Shown here piece after piece: positions 29,184-39,815 of a stretch of 64,000 bases of DNA. Position numbers and translations under genes: made by a program. How positions within the stretch are numbered: the first letter of the stretch is position 1; each line of letters opens with the position of its first letter. Location: positions 1-64,000 of the forward strand of contig JALGVI010000001.1 in assembly GCA_029838215.1 (NCBI GenBank). The letters run 5' to 3'. The stretch is from Candidatus Helarchaeota archaeon (lineage in GTDB: Archaea > Asgardarchaeota > Lokiarchaeia > Helarchaeales > RDOG01). Below the pieces are notes generated by a model. That model saw only the letters and a list, made by a program, of their open reading frames with translations, was not told the origin of the DNA and made no database searches.

Positions 29184-30461
29184 TCACTTTTTTCGAGAGT
29201 TAGAATCACGATGATCAATTATTTCTTTAAAAAAATTCTCTAAACGATGGAAATTCTTTTCAAATGTAAGTTCCTTGTAATTTTTTAAGGCATCTCGTTC
29301 ATGTTTCTTCATGAATTCAGCATCAAGGAGCTTGTTTCTCAAGTCATTGATGTCATTATATGTGAATCCAAGTTTATATTTTCTTAACACGTGCTCGCAT
29401 GCACCGAAATAGCCCTTTGGTAAGACAATGGGAATCCCAGCAGGAATCGCAGACAAGAATCGTAGTGGGAGGCTGTTCCAGAATCGATCATATCTTCTAT
29501 TTATGTTATAAAGCACTATGCAAGCATCATATTTCGTCAAGTCATCTGCAAATGCTCCATTATATAGCATCTCCGTTGGATAACCCTTGAAGAAATGCAA
29601 GTAATCGTTTTTTGGAAACGTTCTGGTCGAATGAACGAGATGAAAGTGTATTTTTTGAGAAGTGATTTCTTGAACTTGTTGCCGGATGTCATCCCAATCT
29701 CTAAATTCAAAATCGGTGCGCCCAATAAACACTAAATGAGGTTCGTTATCGGTTTTGGATAACTTTTCAAGGCGTTTTTTGCAGAAATAACTTTCTTTAA
29801 AGTATTCCATTAAGACGATATCTTTTCCCTTTCCTTTTAAATTAAACTTGTCATTGAAATATTTCAACATGTAAGGTGATGAATGAATTCGACCATCTAA
29901 TTGCTTGAAAAAAGCTTCGTGGATCGGGTCTCCTCTCGTTCCATCTCCCACGATGCTCTGTCCGTAAGGATATGATTGTATGCTATGAACGATGGGAATG
30001 TCATATTTCCTCTTGATTATATTAATTTCAGCAATGATATTGGCTCCCCAGAAACTGAAAATGAGGTCAAACCGGTTTTTGTTTATTAACTTTTCAACTT
30101 GTCGCACGTTAAATCTTTTTAGGTTCCGATAATAAGAATATCGCTCATAGAATTTTCGTAAATGAATGCGAATCGACTCGAATTTGATTTTATTCCAAAA
30201 GAAAATTGTCAACCGTTTTTTATCAAGGACTTGAGGTGTTTGCTTTGTGGAATCAGCCGAAGAATTTGAGCCCTCGACAGATCTGTCAGGAGCGATGTAA
30301 AAATTCGTATATTTCAAATTCTTCATGAGTTCATCAGGGAGATTCACGCGGTTGGATTTATTAATGTTCAAGATCTCGATGTTGTATCCTTTCTCTCGAA
30401 GCATTGCAATATTGTTTGCCAGTAAATTAACTGAAAGAGGTCCCAGTATCAATATGTTCAT
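29184..30461 (-). CDS. Divergent GT-B-fold glycosyltransferase-like protein
   Basis: LVFIG, C-terminal NSLP.RFLSAIPAGIPIV resembling the GT4 donor-binding helix; cluster context. Confidence 0.55.
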   Translation of the reverse strand: MNILILGPLSVNLLANNIAMLREKGYNIEILNINKSNRVNLPDELMKNLKYTNFYIAPDRSVEGSNSSADSTKQTPQVLDKKRLTIFFWNKIKFESIRIHLRKFYERYSYYRNLKRFNVRQVEKLINKNRFDLIFSFWGANIIAEINIIKRKYDIPIVHSIQSYPYGQSIVGDGTRGDPIHEAFFKQLDGRIHSSPYMLKYFNDKFNLKGKGKDIVLMEYFKESYFCKKRLEKLSKTDNEPHLVFIGRTDFEFRDWDDIRQQVQEITSQKIHFHLVHSTRTFPKNDYLHFFKGYPTEMLYNGAFADDLTKYDACIVLYNINRRYDRFWNSLPLRFLSAIPAGIPIVLPKGYFGACEHVLRKYKLGFTYNDINDLRNKLLDAEFMKKHERDALKNYKELTFEKNFHRLENFFKEIIDHRDSNSRKK

Positions 30462-30482
30462 TTTATAGCCCTTGACATCATT

Positions 30483-31670
30483 TTACTTGGAAGAAAGCAA
30501 CTCGTATGCTTCTTTTAGAGAATGACACTCGGCTTGCCAATTATTCTGCCGGGCGTATTTTTTTACTTCTTTTGATATAGAAAGAAGTTTCTCCTTATTT
30601 TTAACACATTCGATTATTTTTTCGGCTAAACTTTTGGGAGAATTCCAATACGTGATGAAATCATCAACTTCTCTTAAATTATACATTGGTGTTGCAAGAA
30701 CTGGGAGTCCTAAAGCGAAGTATTCATATAATTTTACAAATGAGGTGACGTGACCGTCTAAATATTTCGGGTCCATACAAATAATTCCAGCATCACATTT
30801 TTCAAGGATGGTAAAGAGAATATCATGAGTTAAAAACCCCGTAAAATGAATAGAATCGGCAACACCCAATTCAATTGCCAATTCTTTTAAAGCATCATAT
30901 TCCGAACCTGCAATAACCAGTATAATTCTTTCATTTTTTAGGTATTGCATTGCTTTTATTAACAGTCTGATAGGTCTTTTCCTCCCTGCTAGCCCTCCAT
31001 GATAAATTACCTTGAAGATTTCTTTATTATTTAGGTCTTCCATGAGTTTTTTGTTTGCGAGATCAAGCGTCTCAAACCCATGACGGCCTTCCATCTCCGT
31101 GAAATCCACGACGTTGCGTAAGACTTTCACTTTATCGGGATTAATCCTCATTGCTTTCAGGTAAAATCTTGCCATCAAATCATGAGTAACGATGAAAAAA
31201 TTAGAAAATTTTGGAATAAATCGCTGGAATGGCAAGAATATGAAATATCGAAGCAAGTGATTGAGTTTTGATCTAAAAGAAGCCGTTTTAAAATTCGACA
31301 GGGCATATAGATCCCACGCTTCATGACTATCGTAGACCAGCGGAATTCCATGAACTTTTGAAATCAGAAGAGCCGGAATTGCCATTACAATATCATGGAC
31401 GTGTAACACTTGAGGACGAAATTTTTTAATTAAATCAAACAGTAAAAATTTATTTTGGAAAATATTTGGCAGTAATGTTCTGATTAGAAGATTTTTTATG
31501 CTCCCAAAAGATATTATTTCTATAAAACAGTCAAATACCTTTCTCTTTTTTATGTAAGGACAAATTATTCGAATCTCGTGTCCTTGAGTCTTCAAAAATC
31601 TTGCTTCCTTCTCGACTCTAGAATCGGGAAGTGGCGTGTGGGAAAGCATTAAAACTTTAATTTTTTGCAC
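30483..31670 (-). CDS. GT4 family glycosyltransferase
   Basis: DSRVEKEA, HVHD, YDSHE, VKLYEYFALGLPV. Confidence 0.88.
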   Translation of the reverse strand: MQKIKVLMLSHTPLPDSRVEKEARFLKTQGHEIRIICPYIKKRKVFDCFIEIISFGSIKNLLIRTLLPNIFQNKFLLFDLIKKFRPQVLHVHDIVMAIPALLISKVHGIPLVYDSHEAWDLYALSNFKTASFRSKLNHLLRYFIFLPFQRFIPKFSNFFIVTHDLMARFYLKAMRINPDKVKVLRNVVDFTEMEGRHGFETLDLANKKLMEDLNNKEIFKVIYHGGLAGRKRPIRLLIKAMQYLKNERIILVIAGSEYDALKELAIELGVADSIHFTGFLTHDILFTILEKCDAGIICMDPKYLDGHVTSFVKLYEYFALGLPVLATPMYNLREVDDFITYWNSPKSLAEKIIECVKNKEKLLSISKEVKKYARQNNWQAECHSLKEAYELLSSK

Positions 31671-31718
31671 CTTTCAAGTCATTTCAACGTAAAAAAATCG
31701 GTTATATATTTGTATTGT

Positions 31719-32819
31719 TTATTTTCCGAAGAACTCCTTGATTTTCAATATGACAAAATCCCTTTGTTCTGCAGATAATGATGGGAAGAGGGGAAGTGCT
31801 AAGATTTCATTGGCATATTTCTCGGTAATTGGTAATTCAACCTTGGAGAAAGGTTCTTGTTTGAAAATGGGTTGCTTATGAATTGGAACGGGATAATATA
31901 TTCCAGTTTCAATTCCATTTTGTTTTAAAAATTCACGTAATTCATCTCTTCTTTTTGATCGAATCACATATACATAATAAACCGAACGTGCCCATTCTTT
32001 TTCGATAGGAGTTGAGACAATTTCCTTTAATTCCTTGGTATAGACTCGAGCGTGTTCTCTTCTTTTATCGGTCCATTCATTTAGGTTTTTTAACTGTTCT
32101 TCTCCAATGGCACATTGAATCTCGCTCAAGCGATAATTTAATCCCAGATAATCGTGAAGGTATTTGGATTTACGTCCATGATTTCGAAGCACGTGAACTT
32201 TTTCATGAATTTCTTCATCATTGGTGACAATCATCCCTCCATCGCCGCCCGTGGTCATATTTTTCGAAGGAAAGAAGCTAAAACAACTAACATCCCCGAG
32301 TCCCCCGACTTTTTTTCCGTGATATAATGCGCCATGAGCTTGACAAGCATCCTCAATGACTTTTAAATCGTGCTTGCTTGCGATTTCCATTATCGGTTTC
32401 ATATCCGCAGGATGCCCGTATAAATGAACTGGAATGAGAACTTTAGTCCGTTCGGTGATTAAGTCTTCAATCTTGGTGGGATCCATGTTATAAATTTCCG
32501 GGTCGATTTCAGCAAATCTCACCTTTCCTTTTAAGAGCAATACGGGACTTGCAGTTGCAATGAAACTGTTAGATACCGTGATCACTTCATCGCCAGGATT
32601 TAAGCCTAATGCCATTAAACTGAGATGAATTGCCGCAGTCCCTGAACTGACTGCAGTGGCATGCTTTGCCTCGCAAAAACGTGCGAATTCAGTCTCGAAA
32701 TTTTTAGCATTCGGACCATTAATAAAACGAAGACTCTCTAAGGTCTTTATCACGGCTTGTTTCATTTGTTCCGTTATTGTAGGTCGACTAAGGGGAACTT
32801 TCATCTTTTCGTGCCTCAT
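31719..32819 (-). CDS. DegT-family aminotransferase (WbpE/WlbC-like)
   Basis: PVHLYG, EDACQAHGA, FSFFPSKN..GDGG, YYP.PIH.Q. Confidence 0.92.
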   Translation of the reverse strand: MRHEKMKVPLSRPTITEQMKQAVIKTLESLRFINGPNAKNFETEFARFCEAKHATAVSSGTAAIHLSLMALGLNPGDEVITVSNSFIATASPVLLLKGKVRFAEIDPEIYNMDPTKIEDLITERTKVLIPVHLYGHPADMKPIMEIASKHDLKVIEDACQAHGALYHGKKVGGLGDVSCFSFFPSKNMTTGGDGGMIVTNDEEIHEKVHVLRNHGRKSKYLHDYLGLNYRLSEIQCAIGEEQLKNLNEWTDKRREHARVYTKELKEIVSTPIEKEWARSVYYVYVIRSKRRDELREFLKQNGIETGIYYPVPIHKQPIFKQEPFSKVELPITEKYANEILALPLFPSLSAEQRDFVILKIKEFFGK

Positions 32820-32852
32820 TATAGATAAGATTTTAAGATCAAATCTTTTTTT

Positions 32853-33866
32853 TTATTTTCTCTTCAGAAAATCATCAAAATTTATGACTTTTTTTTCTTT
32901 CATTGATTCTACTGCTGCTTCGACCATTTCAATCGCTCGCACGCCCACTTCAGCACTCGCTACTGGCTTTTTTTTCTTCTCGATAGCATCATGAAAATCG
33001 GCATATTCGAGTTTCATTGGCTCTTCTTTTTCAATTTTAGGAAGTAATATGTCGCCTTCTCGAGTGGCCCACGTAAAGGTCCCAAAATCCGAATATTTTG
33101 GAATGATGCCCTTGTCATAAATCATTAAATCCTGACTAAGGGAGTTTAAAGTAATGCTTTTTTTCTCCCCAACGACAACAATGTTTCTTGTTTTCATCGG
33201 AGTCAACCAACTCACAGAAATTTGCCCAATAGTGCCCGTATGGTACTTTGTTGAGATAAAAGCCACGTCTTCTAATTGATTGTTAAAAAAAGTGCCACCA
33301 AAAGTAGACAATTCCGTTGGATATGGAATATCTAACACATCACTGAGAATATCTAGGTCGTGTATCGCATAATTAAAGATGGCTCCGCTATCATTTCTCG
33401 GCACGCGTAAGCCGAATCGATTGGAAGTCATGAAAAAAATCTTACCCAAATCGCCGTGCTTGATTTTTTCTTTGATGAATTTTATGGCGTTATTGTAGCG
33501 GAAAATATGACCGACCATTAACGTCAGATCAAGTTCTTCCGCCAAGTCCTTTAGTTCCCGAGCTTCTTTAGAACATAAAGTAAGAGGTTTTTCAACCAGC
33601 ACGTGTTTTCCCGCTTCCAAACTTTCTTTTACGAATTTATAATGCGTGTCGCTCGGGGTGCAAATAGTAACTGCTTGGATGTCCGCATCTGATAAAACAG
33701 AGTGATAATCTTTCGAAGTATTTACTTGATAGATCTGCTGGTACTTCTCAACATTTACTTGCTTAACATCGACTATGACTTTCAAATTAAATTGCATGGA
33801 TTCTTTTAGAACCCGTACGTGGTTCTTCCCCCATTGACCAATTCCGATAACAGCAATATTTATCAT
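32853..33866 (-). CDS. Gfo/Idh/MocA oxidoreductase (WbpB/WlbA-like)
   Basis: IG.GQWG.NH.R, LVEKP, VGHIFRYN, HD; ATG33866 preferred. Confidence 0.9.
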   Translation of the reverse strand: MINIAVIGIGQWGKNHVRVLKESMQFNLKVIVDVKQVNVEKYQQIYQVNTSKDYHSVLSDADIQAVTICTPSDTHYKFVKESLEAGKHVLVEKPLTLCSKEARELKDLAEELDLTLMVGHIFRYNNAIKFIKEKIKHGDLGKIFFMTSNRFGLRVPRNDSGAIFNYAIHDLDILSDVLDIPYPTELSTFGGTFFNNQLEDVAFISTKYHTGTIGQISVSWLTPMKTRNIVVVGEKKSITLNSLSQDLMIYDKGIIPKYSDFGTFTWATREGDILLPKIEKEEPMKLEYADFHDAIEKKKKPVASAEVGVRAIEMVEAAVESMKEKKVINFDDFLKRK

Positions 33867-34032
33867 GTCTTTCTCTCTTTCATTTTTATTGGAGATTTTC
33901 AGTAGTTTCTCCAAGACTTGTTATTTAAAACTTCTTAATAATCATGTTAAAACTGCATTGAAAGGATTTTAGGTCCAAGATCATACAAACATGAAAACGC
34001 AATTCATCAGGAGGCATATAAAACAACACAAG

Positions 34033-35148
34033 TTAAAATTTAGTGGCATGTTTTTTTAGAATTCGATATACTCTTTCGATTTTTTCAAGATTCTTGTCAA
34101 AATTTCCTCCTTTTTCCACTAATTTTCGAGCATTGTTCCCTAATGCATGTCTCTTTTGAGCATTTTCGATGAGCTTCCGAATTTTTTCCGTGAGTTTCCC
34201 AACATCCTTGCTTGGTACCAAAAAGCCGCTTTTTTCGTCCTCGATCCATTCGGAAACTCCACCCACATCAAAGGCAATGACAGGAAGTTCATTATACATG
34301 GCTTCTAACGTGGAGGCGGGACATCCATCGGAGAGAGATGTTGAAATGTAAATGTCTGCGGCTTGAAGATATTTTACGAGCAGTTTTTCGGATATAAAAC
34401 CCAAGAATTTCACGTTTTTCTCCAAATTCATCTTCTTTAGATGTTCCTTGATCACTTTTTGGGTTGGTCCCACGCCCGTATATACGAATTGTAGATTTGG
34501 ATAGTCCTTTTTCAATCGTTGGAGTGCCAGAATCTGATACACGTGTCCATAAATGGGCTTGAAAGCACGCATAGAAAGAATTATCGGGGAGTTTGGATCC
34601 AACCCTAATTCTGTTTTTAGAGCAGTCTTGTCCTTAATGGGTTCTAAATATTTACTCAGCTTGATTCCAACATAATTTACCATTATTCTTTTGGGGTTTC
34701 CGTGCAGTTTGATGACGTGCTTCTTAATATCTTCAGAAAATGCGTGAATGAAATCAGCAAAACGGATGGCATGAATGCTAAAAAACTTGTTTAGTGTAAC
34801 TTGGGAATGTTTTAAAACATCGGACCCTAATAACGTGATTAAAAGTGGGCGATCTCTTGTAAGAGCCGCTGTATTTCCATATAGTTTCAAATCAATAGCA
34901 TGTATCACGTCAGGTTTAAACTTCCTTATATAATACTTTAATAGAATGGCAGTTATCCACTTCTTGACGAAGGGAAAACCTATGTTCAAGATGGGAATGC
35001 GCGGTTGTAACAATTTATAACCGTAATCATTACTATCAAAAGATCTCTCAAACGTGAAGAGGCAAACATCATGTCCTTTATCATAAAAATATTTTACAAT
35101 TCGTTGGACATGAAGCATCCGAGAATTGCCTACAAACAGTATTTTCAT
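34033..35148 (-). CDS. GT4 family glycosyltransferase
   Basis: LLGSDV, DGCPASTLEAM...PVIAFDVGG. Confidence 0.9.
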   Translation of the reverse strand: MKILFVGNSRMLHVQRIVKYFYDKGHDVCLFTFERSFDSNDYGYKLLQPRIPILNIGFPFVKKWITAILLKYYIRKFKPDVIHAIDLKLYGNTAALTRDRPLLITLLGSDVLKHSQVTLNKFFSIHAIRFADFIHAFSEDIKKHVIKLHGNPKRIMVNYVGIKLSKYLEPIKDKTALKTELGLDPNSPIILSMRAFKPIYGHVYQILALQRLKKDYPNLQFVYTGVGPTQKVIKEHLKKMNLEKNVKFLGFISEKLLVKYLQAADIYISTSLSDGCPASTLEAMYNELPVIAFDVGGVSEWIEDEKSGFLVPSKDVGKLTEKIRKLIENAQKRHALGNNARKLVEKGGNFDKNLEKIERVYRILKKHATKF

Positions 35149-35187
35149 TGGACTTCACGGGTCGAAAAATTCATGATATTTTATTTT

Positions 35188-36294
35188 TTATCTTTGAGGT
35201 TTAATCGTTCGGTAAGGAAATACTCCACGTATGAATCCGAGCCCGAATCCTATATGAATTATTGGATACATGAGAATCAAGTAAATTGCGCCTTTTTTGT
35301 TTTCAAAGCGAGTGATAGATTTAACTGTAAAAAGCAAGGTTAACAAGAAGTATAATCCAAGAACTGCTACAAAAAACCATTGAAGAACCGTATCAAATGG
35401 AATATTTAAAAACGGAAAATTTCCAAGCAAATAATAACGAAAAAACACGTTCACAATGAGAGTTATTAGAGCAAGAATTCCAAATCCAAAAAGATAAATC
35501 ACGAATAATGTTGGAACCAAATAGTATATTCTAAAAGAATCGTGATGTTTTTTCGTTATGAGTGCTCTTGCTTGACCAAACTCGTACATTCGCTTGTAGA
35601 ATTTTTTTATTGTAGTTCTTCGATAGAACTTGACTTTTGCACGCGTGGTTGCCAGAATCTTATAGCCTTTCTTCCGTATGCGATAATTCATTTCAAAATC
35701 ATCGCCACTAAAAAGTTTTTCATCGTGCATTCCGACTTCCAGTAAAACCGACTTTCTATAAAAAGCAAAAGATACGGAATTCACTTCATATACATCGCTT
35801 TTTTTATCCGAAGTGATTTGTTTCGATTCTGCGGTTTGAAATCCTCCAAAAGCCGAGTTGAGAGCTATTTGTTGAGCTTCTGTAACAGGGTTGGCGTTAG
35901 CCGTTAGCGTCGTGCTTCCAACAGCTGCAACGTTCCTACCGCTCTCTATTAAAATGGTTGATAATGTCGATATCCAGTCATGAGGAGCAATTGTATGTCC
36001 TCCAATTAGTCCCAGAATTTCAGCCTTCGCTTCAAGTATTCCCATATCTAAGCCAGGAGATGCCAATTTTTTTTGATTATCTAGCATCTTGATGCGTCCA
36101 GGATGCATTTTCATGATATTCTCAATAATATTTCGCGTGTTGTCCTCCGACATTCCTTCCGCTATGATGATCTCATATCGATCCATGGGATAATCTTGAT
36201 TTAATAATGCCTCTAGACATTCTTGGATGTGCTTTTCTTCATTCCTTACAGGAATGATAATAGAAATAAAAGGAGTTTCTTCTTCGCTCATCAA
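35188..36294 (-). CDS. GT2 family glycosyltransferase with C-terminal TM helices (ExoA-like)
   Basis: IIPVRNEE, EGMS.D, GDDFEMN.RI, hydrophobic C-terminus. Confidence 0.88.
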   Translation of the reverse strand: MMSEEETPFISIIIPVRNEEKHIQECLEALLNQDYPMDRYEIIIAEGMSEDNTRNIIENIMKMHPGRIKMLDNQKKLASPGLDMGILEAKAEILGLIGGHTIAPHDWISTLSTILIESGRNVAAVGSTTLTANANPVTEAQQIALNSAFGGFQTAESKQITSDKKSDVYEVNSVSFAFYRKSVLLEVGMHDEKLFSGDDFEMNYRIRKKGYKILATTRAKVKFYRRTTIKKFYKRMYEFGQARALITKKHHDSFRIYYLVPTLFVIYLFGFGILALITLIVNVFFRYYLLGNFPFLNIPFDTVLQWFFVAVLGLYFLLTLLFTVKSITRFENKKGAIYLILMYPIIHIGFGLGFIRGVFPYRTIKPQR

Positions 36295-36310
36295 TCTTCA
36301 CGAAAACTGT

Positions 36311-36898
36311 TCATTCTCTTTTTTTCATTACTTTACAGGGATTTCCGAACGCAATTACATTAGGGGGAATATTCTTCGTCACAACTGAACCTGCACCGAT
36401 TAAGCTATTTTCGCCGATTTCTATCCCGGGCAAGATAATGGCACCCGAACCAATGGAACATTTCTTCCGGAGAATTGGTCCAATCAAAACAGATTTATCC
36501 CGTGCGGGCGGAAATTTATCATTCGTGGTTTTTGCAAATGGTCCCATAAATACACCATCTTCAATCGTGACACCCCACGTGACATACACGCCGCTTTGGA
36601 TGCTGACGTTATTTCCTATATTGCAATTTCCATCGATTATGCTATTCGTGCCGATTATCACGTTATTTCCAATGGTTGTTTTTTCTCGAACCATTATATT
36701 ATGACCGGTGATAAATCCATTACCTATCACGACACCACCATATATGATAGAACCTGAACGAATCGTAGCGTTTTCACCAATTATTAAAAGTTCATCATTG
36801 ATACCCAGCTCAACATTATTTCCAATTTCAGTATCTTTACCAACCTTGACTTGTTCGTGGAAAATCACGTTTTTACCCAATTTTATAGATTCATCCAT
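36311..36898 (-). CDS. Hexapeptide-repeat N-acetyltransferase (WbpD/WlbB-like)
   Basis: Repeated IG.N hexads, IEDGVFMGP...TND..P, AFGNP. Confidence 0.9.
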   Translation of the reverse strand: MDESIKLGKNVIFHEQVKVGKDTEIGNNVELGINDELLIIGENATIRSGSIIYGGVVIGNGFITGHNIMVREKTTIGNNVIIGTNSIIDGNCNIGNNVSIQSGVYVTWGVTIEDGVFMGPFAKTTNDKFPPARDKSVLIGPILRKKCSIGSGAIILPGIEIGENSLIGAGSVVTKNIPPNVIAFGNPCKVMKKRE

Positions 36899-37124
36899 TC
36901 ATTTCAACAACCGAATTCTTTTTGACTACGTGAAGATCGTAAGATGATTTCGTTAATCTAGTTTATCTTCTATAATACAAACCTTTTTATTTTTTTAAAC
37001 ATGGTTTGATTTAGTAATTTTTGCTGAGTCGAAATGACGAAACGAATCAGACAAAAAAATTATTAGAATGTTTATGGTAATTTCTTAACAAATTTGTTGA
37101 TTCTGATAGAAAAGGGGCTATTAA

Positions 37125-37820
37125 TTGAAGCCAGACGTCTCGATTGTAATTCCCGCCTATAATGAAGAAAAGACAATATACAATTTAATCAAAGGTATTC
37201 ATGAAACGTTTAACTCGGGTTATGCCGAAATTATTGTCGTAGATGATGGTTCAACGGATAACACTACCAAATTAGCTGCAAAAATTCCAGGTATCAAAGT
37301 GTTGAAAAATGACAGAAATCTTGGCTATGGTGGTGCGATTCTTACGGGTATATTTGAAGCCAAAGGAGATATAATAGTAACCATTGATGGAGACGCGCAA
37401 AACAAGCCCAAAGAAATAAATTTACTCATTCAACCCATTTTAAAAAATGATTATGATTTTGTCGTTGGGGCTCGTCATAAGGGCATGACATTTAGTCCCA
37501 TTCCAATTTTTAAGCGGGTCGCCGAAACCGTCGTTCGTTTTGTGTTGAAATTCATGTATGGAATTGATATTTCGTACTCGCAAAGCGGCTTTCGTGCGAT
37601 GAAACGAAAGGTCTTACGTCGTATAATGCCCCTGTATGAGTATAAATTCGCTTTTAGCATGGAACTCTTAATGAAAACGGTTAAAAACGGGTTTCGGATA
37701 AAAGAAGTTCCCATTACGTTTATGGCCAGACCACACGGTTGTAGCCGTGTTAATGTCTTTAGGGATGGCTTAAGAATCATCTACGTGATGATAAAACACA
37801 TTTTAATGAAGGAAAAATGA
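37125..37820 (+). CDS. DPM1-like GT2 polyprenol-phosphate glycosyltransferase without TM anchor
   Basis: IPAYNEE, VVDDGSTD, N.GYG.A, DGDAQN.P, SQSGFRA, EVPI...R..G.S; no long hydrophobic segment. Confidence 0.85.
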   Translation: MKPDVSIVIPAYNEEKTIYNLIKGIHETFNSGYAEIIVVDDGSTDNTTKLAAKIPGIKVLKNDRNLGYGGAILTGIFEAKGDIIVTIDGDAQNKPKEINLLIQPILKNDYDFVVGARHKGMTFSPIPIFKRVAETVVRFVLKFMYGIDISYSQSGFRAMKRKVLRRIMPLYEYKFAFSMELLMKTVKNGFRIKEVPITFMARPHGCSRVNVFRDGLRIIYVMIKHILMKEK

Positions 37821-37822
37821 AA

Positions 37823-38488
37823 TTATTTTTCCGTGGACTCGTCTTTCTTTTCTTTCTTGTCAGGTTTATTATCGCTTATCGTGAAATAGATTAATAATAG
37901 GATGAGCAGACCGATGATAAAGATCACGACGTACTGTCCACCGAAAGAGGTTAACAATACTTGAGGCCACCCGATAAATGGAATGTTCAAGATCATTCGT
38001 CCGATCACTTGTCGCCTACCACTATAGAAATATGGAGTGGGATAAGTGTCTGCGGCATCATTATTGTCTCCTTTTGTCTTAAACCATTTGCCATTATAAT
38101 AGCTGTTATTATTTGCGGGTTGATTAATGATGGGCACGATGTCATTATCTTCATAAATTTCAATGACTCGATGGATGACAGGATATCCCGGTTTGGAACC
38201 ACCCCAAAAATCAGTATAAAAAATAATAATGTCACCGACTTGTACTTGATCTTCCGGAATGCCTTGAACAACTATGAAATCACCCACGTTGAGCGTTGGA
38301 ACCATGCTTGTAGAAATTACGACAGTATAAGGCATCTCGGTTTGAAGCGTGATCATTGAACCGAAAAAAAATCCTCCGACAGTTCCAAAGATAGTGCCGA
38401 TGATCAGGATTAGGACAAGGAACTTCTTCACGAGTGAGTTTTTAAAAAAATGTTTGAGTCGGTTTTTCGCCGTCATTTTTTCTGTCAT
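37823..38488 (-). CDS. Signal peptidase I (archaeal Sec11-type)
   Basis: VISTSMVPTL..GD (Ser), VIHRV (His), TKGDNN..D, IPFIGW. Confidence 0.92.
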   Translation of the reverse strand: MTEKMTAKNRLKHFFKNSLVKKFLVLILIIGTIFGTVGGFFFGSMITLQTEMPYTVVISTSMVPTLNVGDFIVVQGIPEDQVQVGDIIIFYTDFWGGSKPGYPVIHRVIEIYEDNDIVPIINQPANNNSYYNGKWFKTKGDNNDAADTYPTPYFYSGRRQVIGRMILNIPFIGWPQVLLTSFGGQYVVIFIIGLLILLLIYFTISDNKPDKKEKKDESTEK

Positions 38489-38509
38489 CTGACTTCAATC
38501 TGTCTTCCA

Positions 38510-39745
38510 TTAATCGCGTTCGGGTTTCACGCGACGAATATCTCTCGTAATGAACATGTCTGCAAGTAATGCAAATAGAAGAATTTGAATTCCCAAGATC
38601 AAGAGAATTGCACACAACATGACAAGTCCCACGTGGTATGCTCCAATGCCTGCCGCAGTGAGAAAGAGATAATATGCTCCGACCAAAATGCCCAATGCCA
38701 TAAAAACAACGCCAAATGAACCAAAAAGGGATAGCGGATGATAATCACGGTAAATTCGTAATCCTATTACGGAGACATTTAAGCCATAATCTGCAGGATC
38801 TGATATTAGACGGGATTTTCCAAAAGGTCTCTTGAGGAATTTCACGGGAACATCGATGAGTCGAAACCCTTCGTAAGCCGCTCTGATGATCATCTCCTGA
38901 GTATAGCTATAATTAGACGTGATGGGAATTTCTTCTAGGATTTCCTTACGGAAAGCACGAAAACCCGTTGCAGAATCAGTTAAATGAAGGTCGGTAAAGC
39001 GGTTAGTAGCCCATGTAAAGACTTTATTTCCGAGTTTTTTAACGAAACTCATTCTTTCAATAGACCCTTTTTCCATGAATCTAGAACCCAGTGCCAAATC
39101 TGCTTCATTTGACAAGATTGGTTGCAATAATTTTGGAATTTCATCAGGGTCATATTGTCCATCCGCATCAATCGTTATGACGATGCTTGCATCGAGGCGA
39201 AGTGCATTTTTAAACGCTTTTTTCATGGTCACTCCCAATCCCATTTGATAATCATTCGAAATCACCAAAGCTCCCGCATTTTTTGCAACTATAGCGGTCT
39301 TATCAGTAGAGCCATCATTTATTACAAGCACTTCTGTAACGTGTTTAAGCGTTCCTTTTATAACTGTACCAATAGAACCTTCTTCATTGTGTGCGGGGAT
39401 GATGGCAACGATTTTCGGCTTATCCATGAAATTTGGTAACTTCGTTGAAACCAAATAGGGCGCCTTCCTCTTGCGGTAAAAAAGCCTGCTAATGTAATGA
39501 AAAATTAAAGTTGCAAACCCACCTAAGAAACACCACCAAGAAAACATGATGAAGAGAGAAAGTACGTTAAATACAGGCCAAAATATGAGCGGCCAAGTAA
39601 ACGCCAAAATGATATAGTGCAATAAATTTGGATAAAAGATGAATATGTCGATGAAAAGAAATATGATCCCAATTAATAGAGACCCTACCAGCACTAGAAA
39701 TGCCAATGCTAACAGGGACCATGCAATGCTCCTGAGAATAGGCAT
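38510..39745 (-). CDS. DPM-like GT2 with N- and C-terminal TM segments
   Basis: IPAHNEE, NDGSTD, DADGQY.P, DSATGFRA; about 90 hydrophobic N-terminal residues and 2 C-terminal TMs. Confidence 0.85.
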   Translation of the reverse strand: MPILRSIAWSLLALAFLVLVGSLLIGIIFLFIDIFIFYPNLLHYIILAFTWPLIFWPVFNVLSLFIMFSWWCFLGGFATLIFHYISRLFYRKRKAPYLVSTKLPNFMDKPKIVAIIPAHNEEGSIGTVIKGTLKHVTEVLVINDGSTDKTAIVAKNAGALVISNDYQMGLGVTMKKAFKNALRLDASIVITIDADGQYDPDEIPKLLQPILSNEADLALGSRFMEKGSIERMSFVKKLGNKVFTWATNRFTDLHLTDSATGFRAFRKEILEEIPITSNYSYTQEMIIRAAYEGFRLIDVPVKFLKRPFGKSRLISDPADYGLNVSVIGLRIYRDYHPLSLFGSFGVVFMALGILVGAYYLFLTAAGIGAYHVGLVMLCAILLILGIQILLFALLADMFITRDIRRVKPERD

Positions 39746-39815
39746 GTCATTTTCTCCAGTTTCTTTTTGAATTTCAAATAAGAATTTAAATTTTTACGAT
39801 AAAAGTATTTATGTA

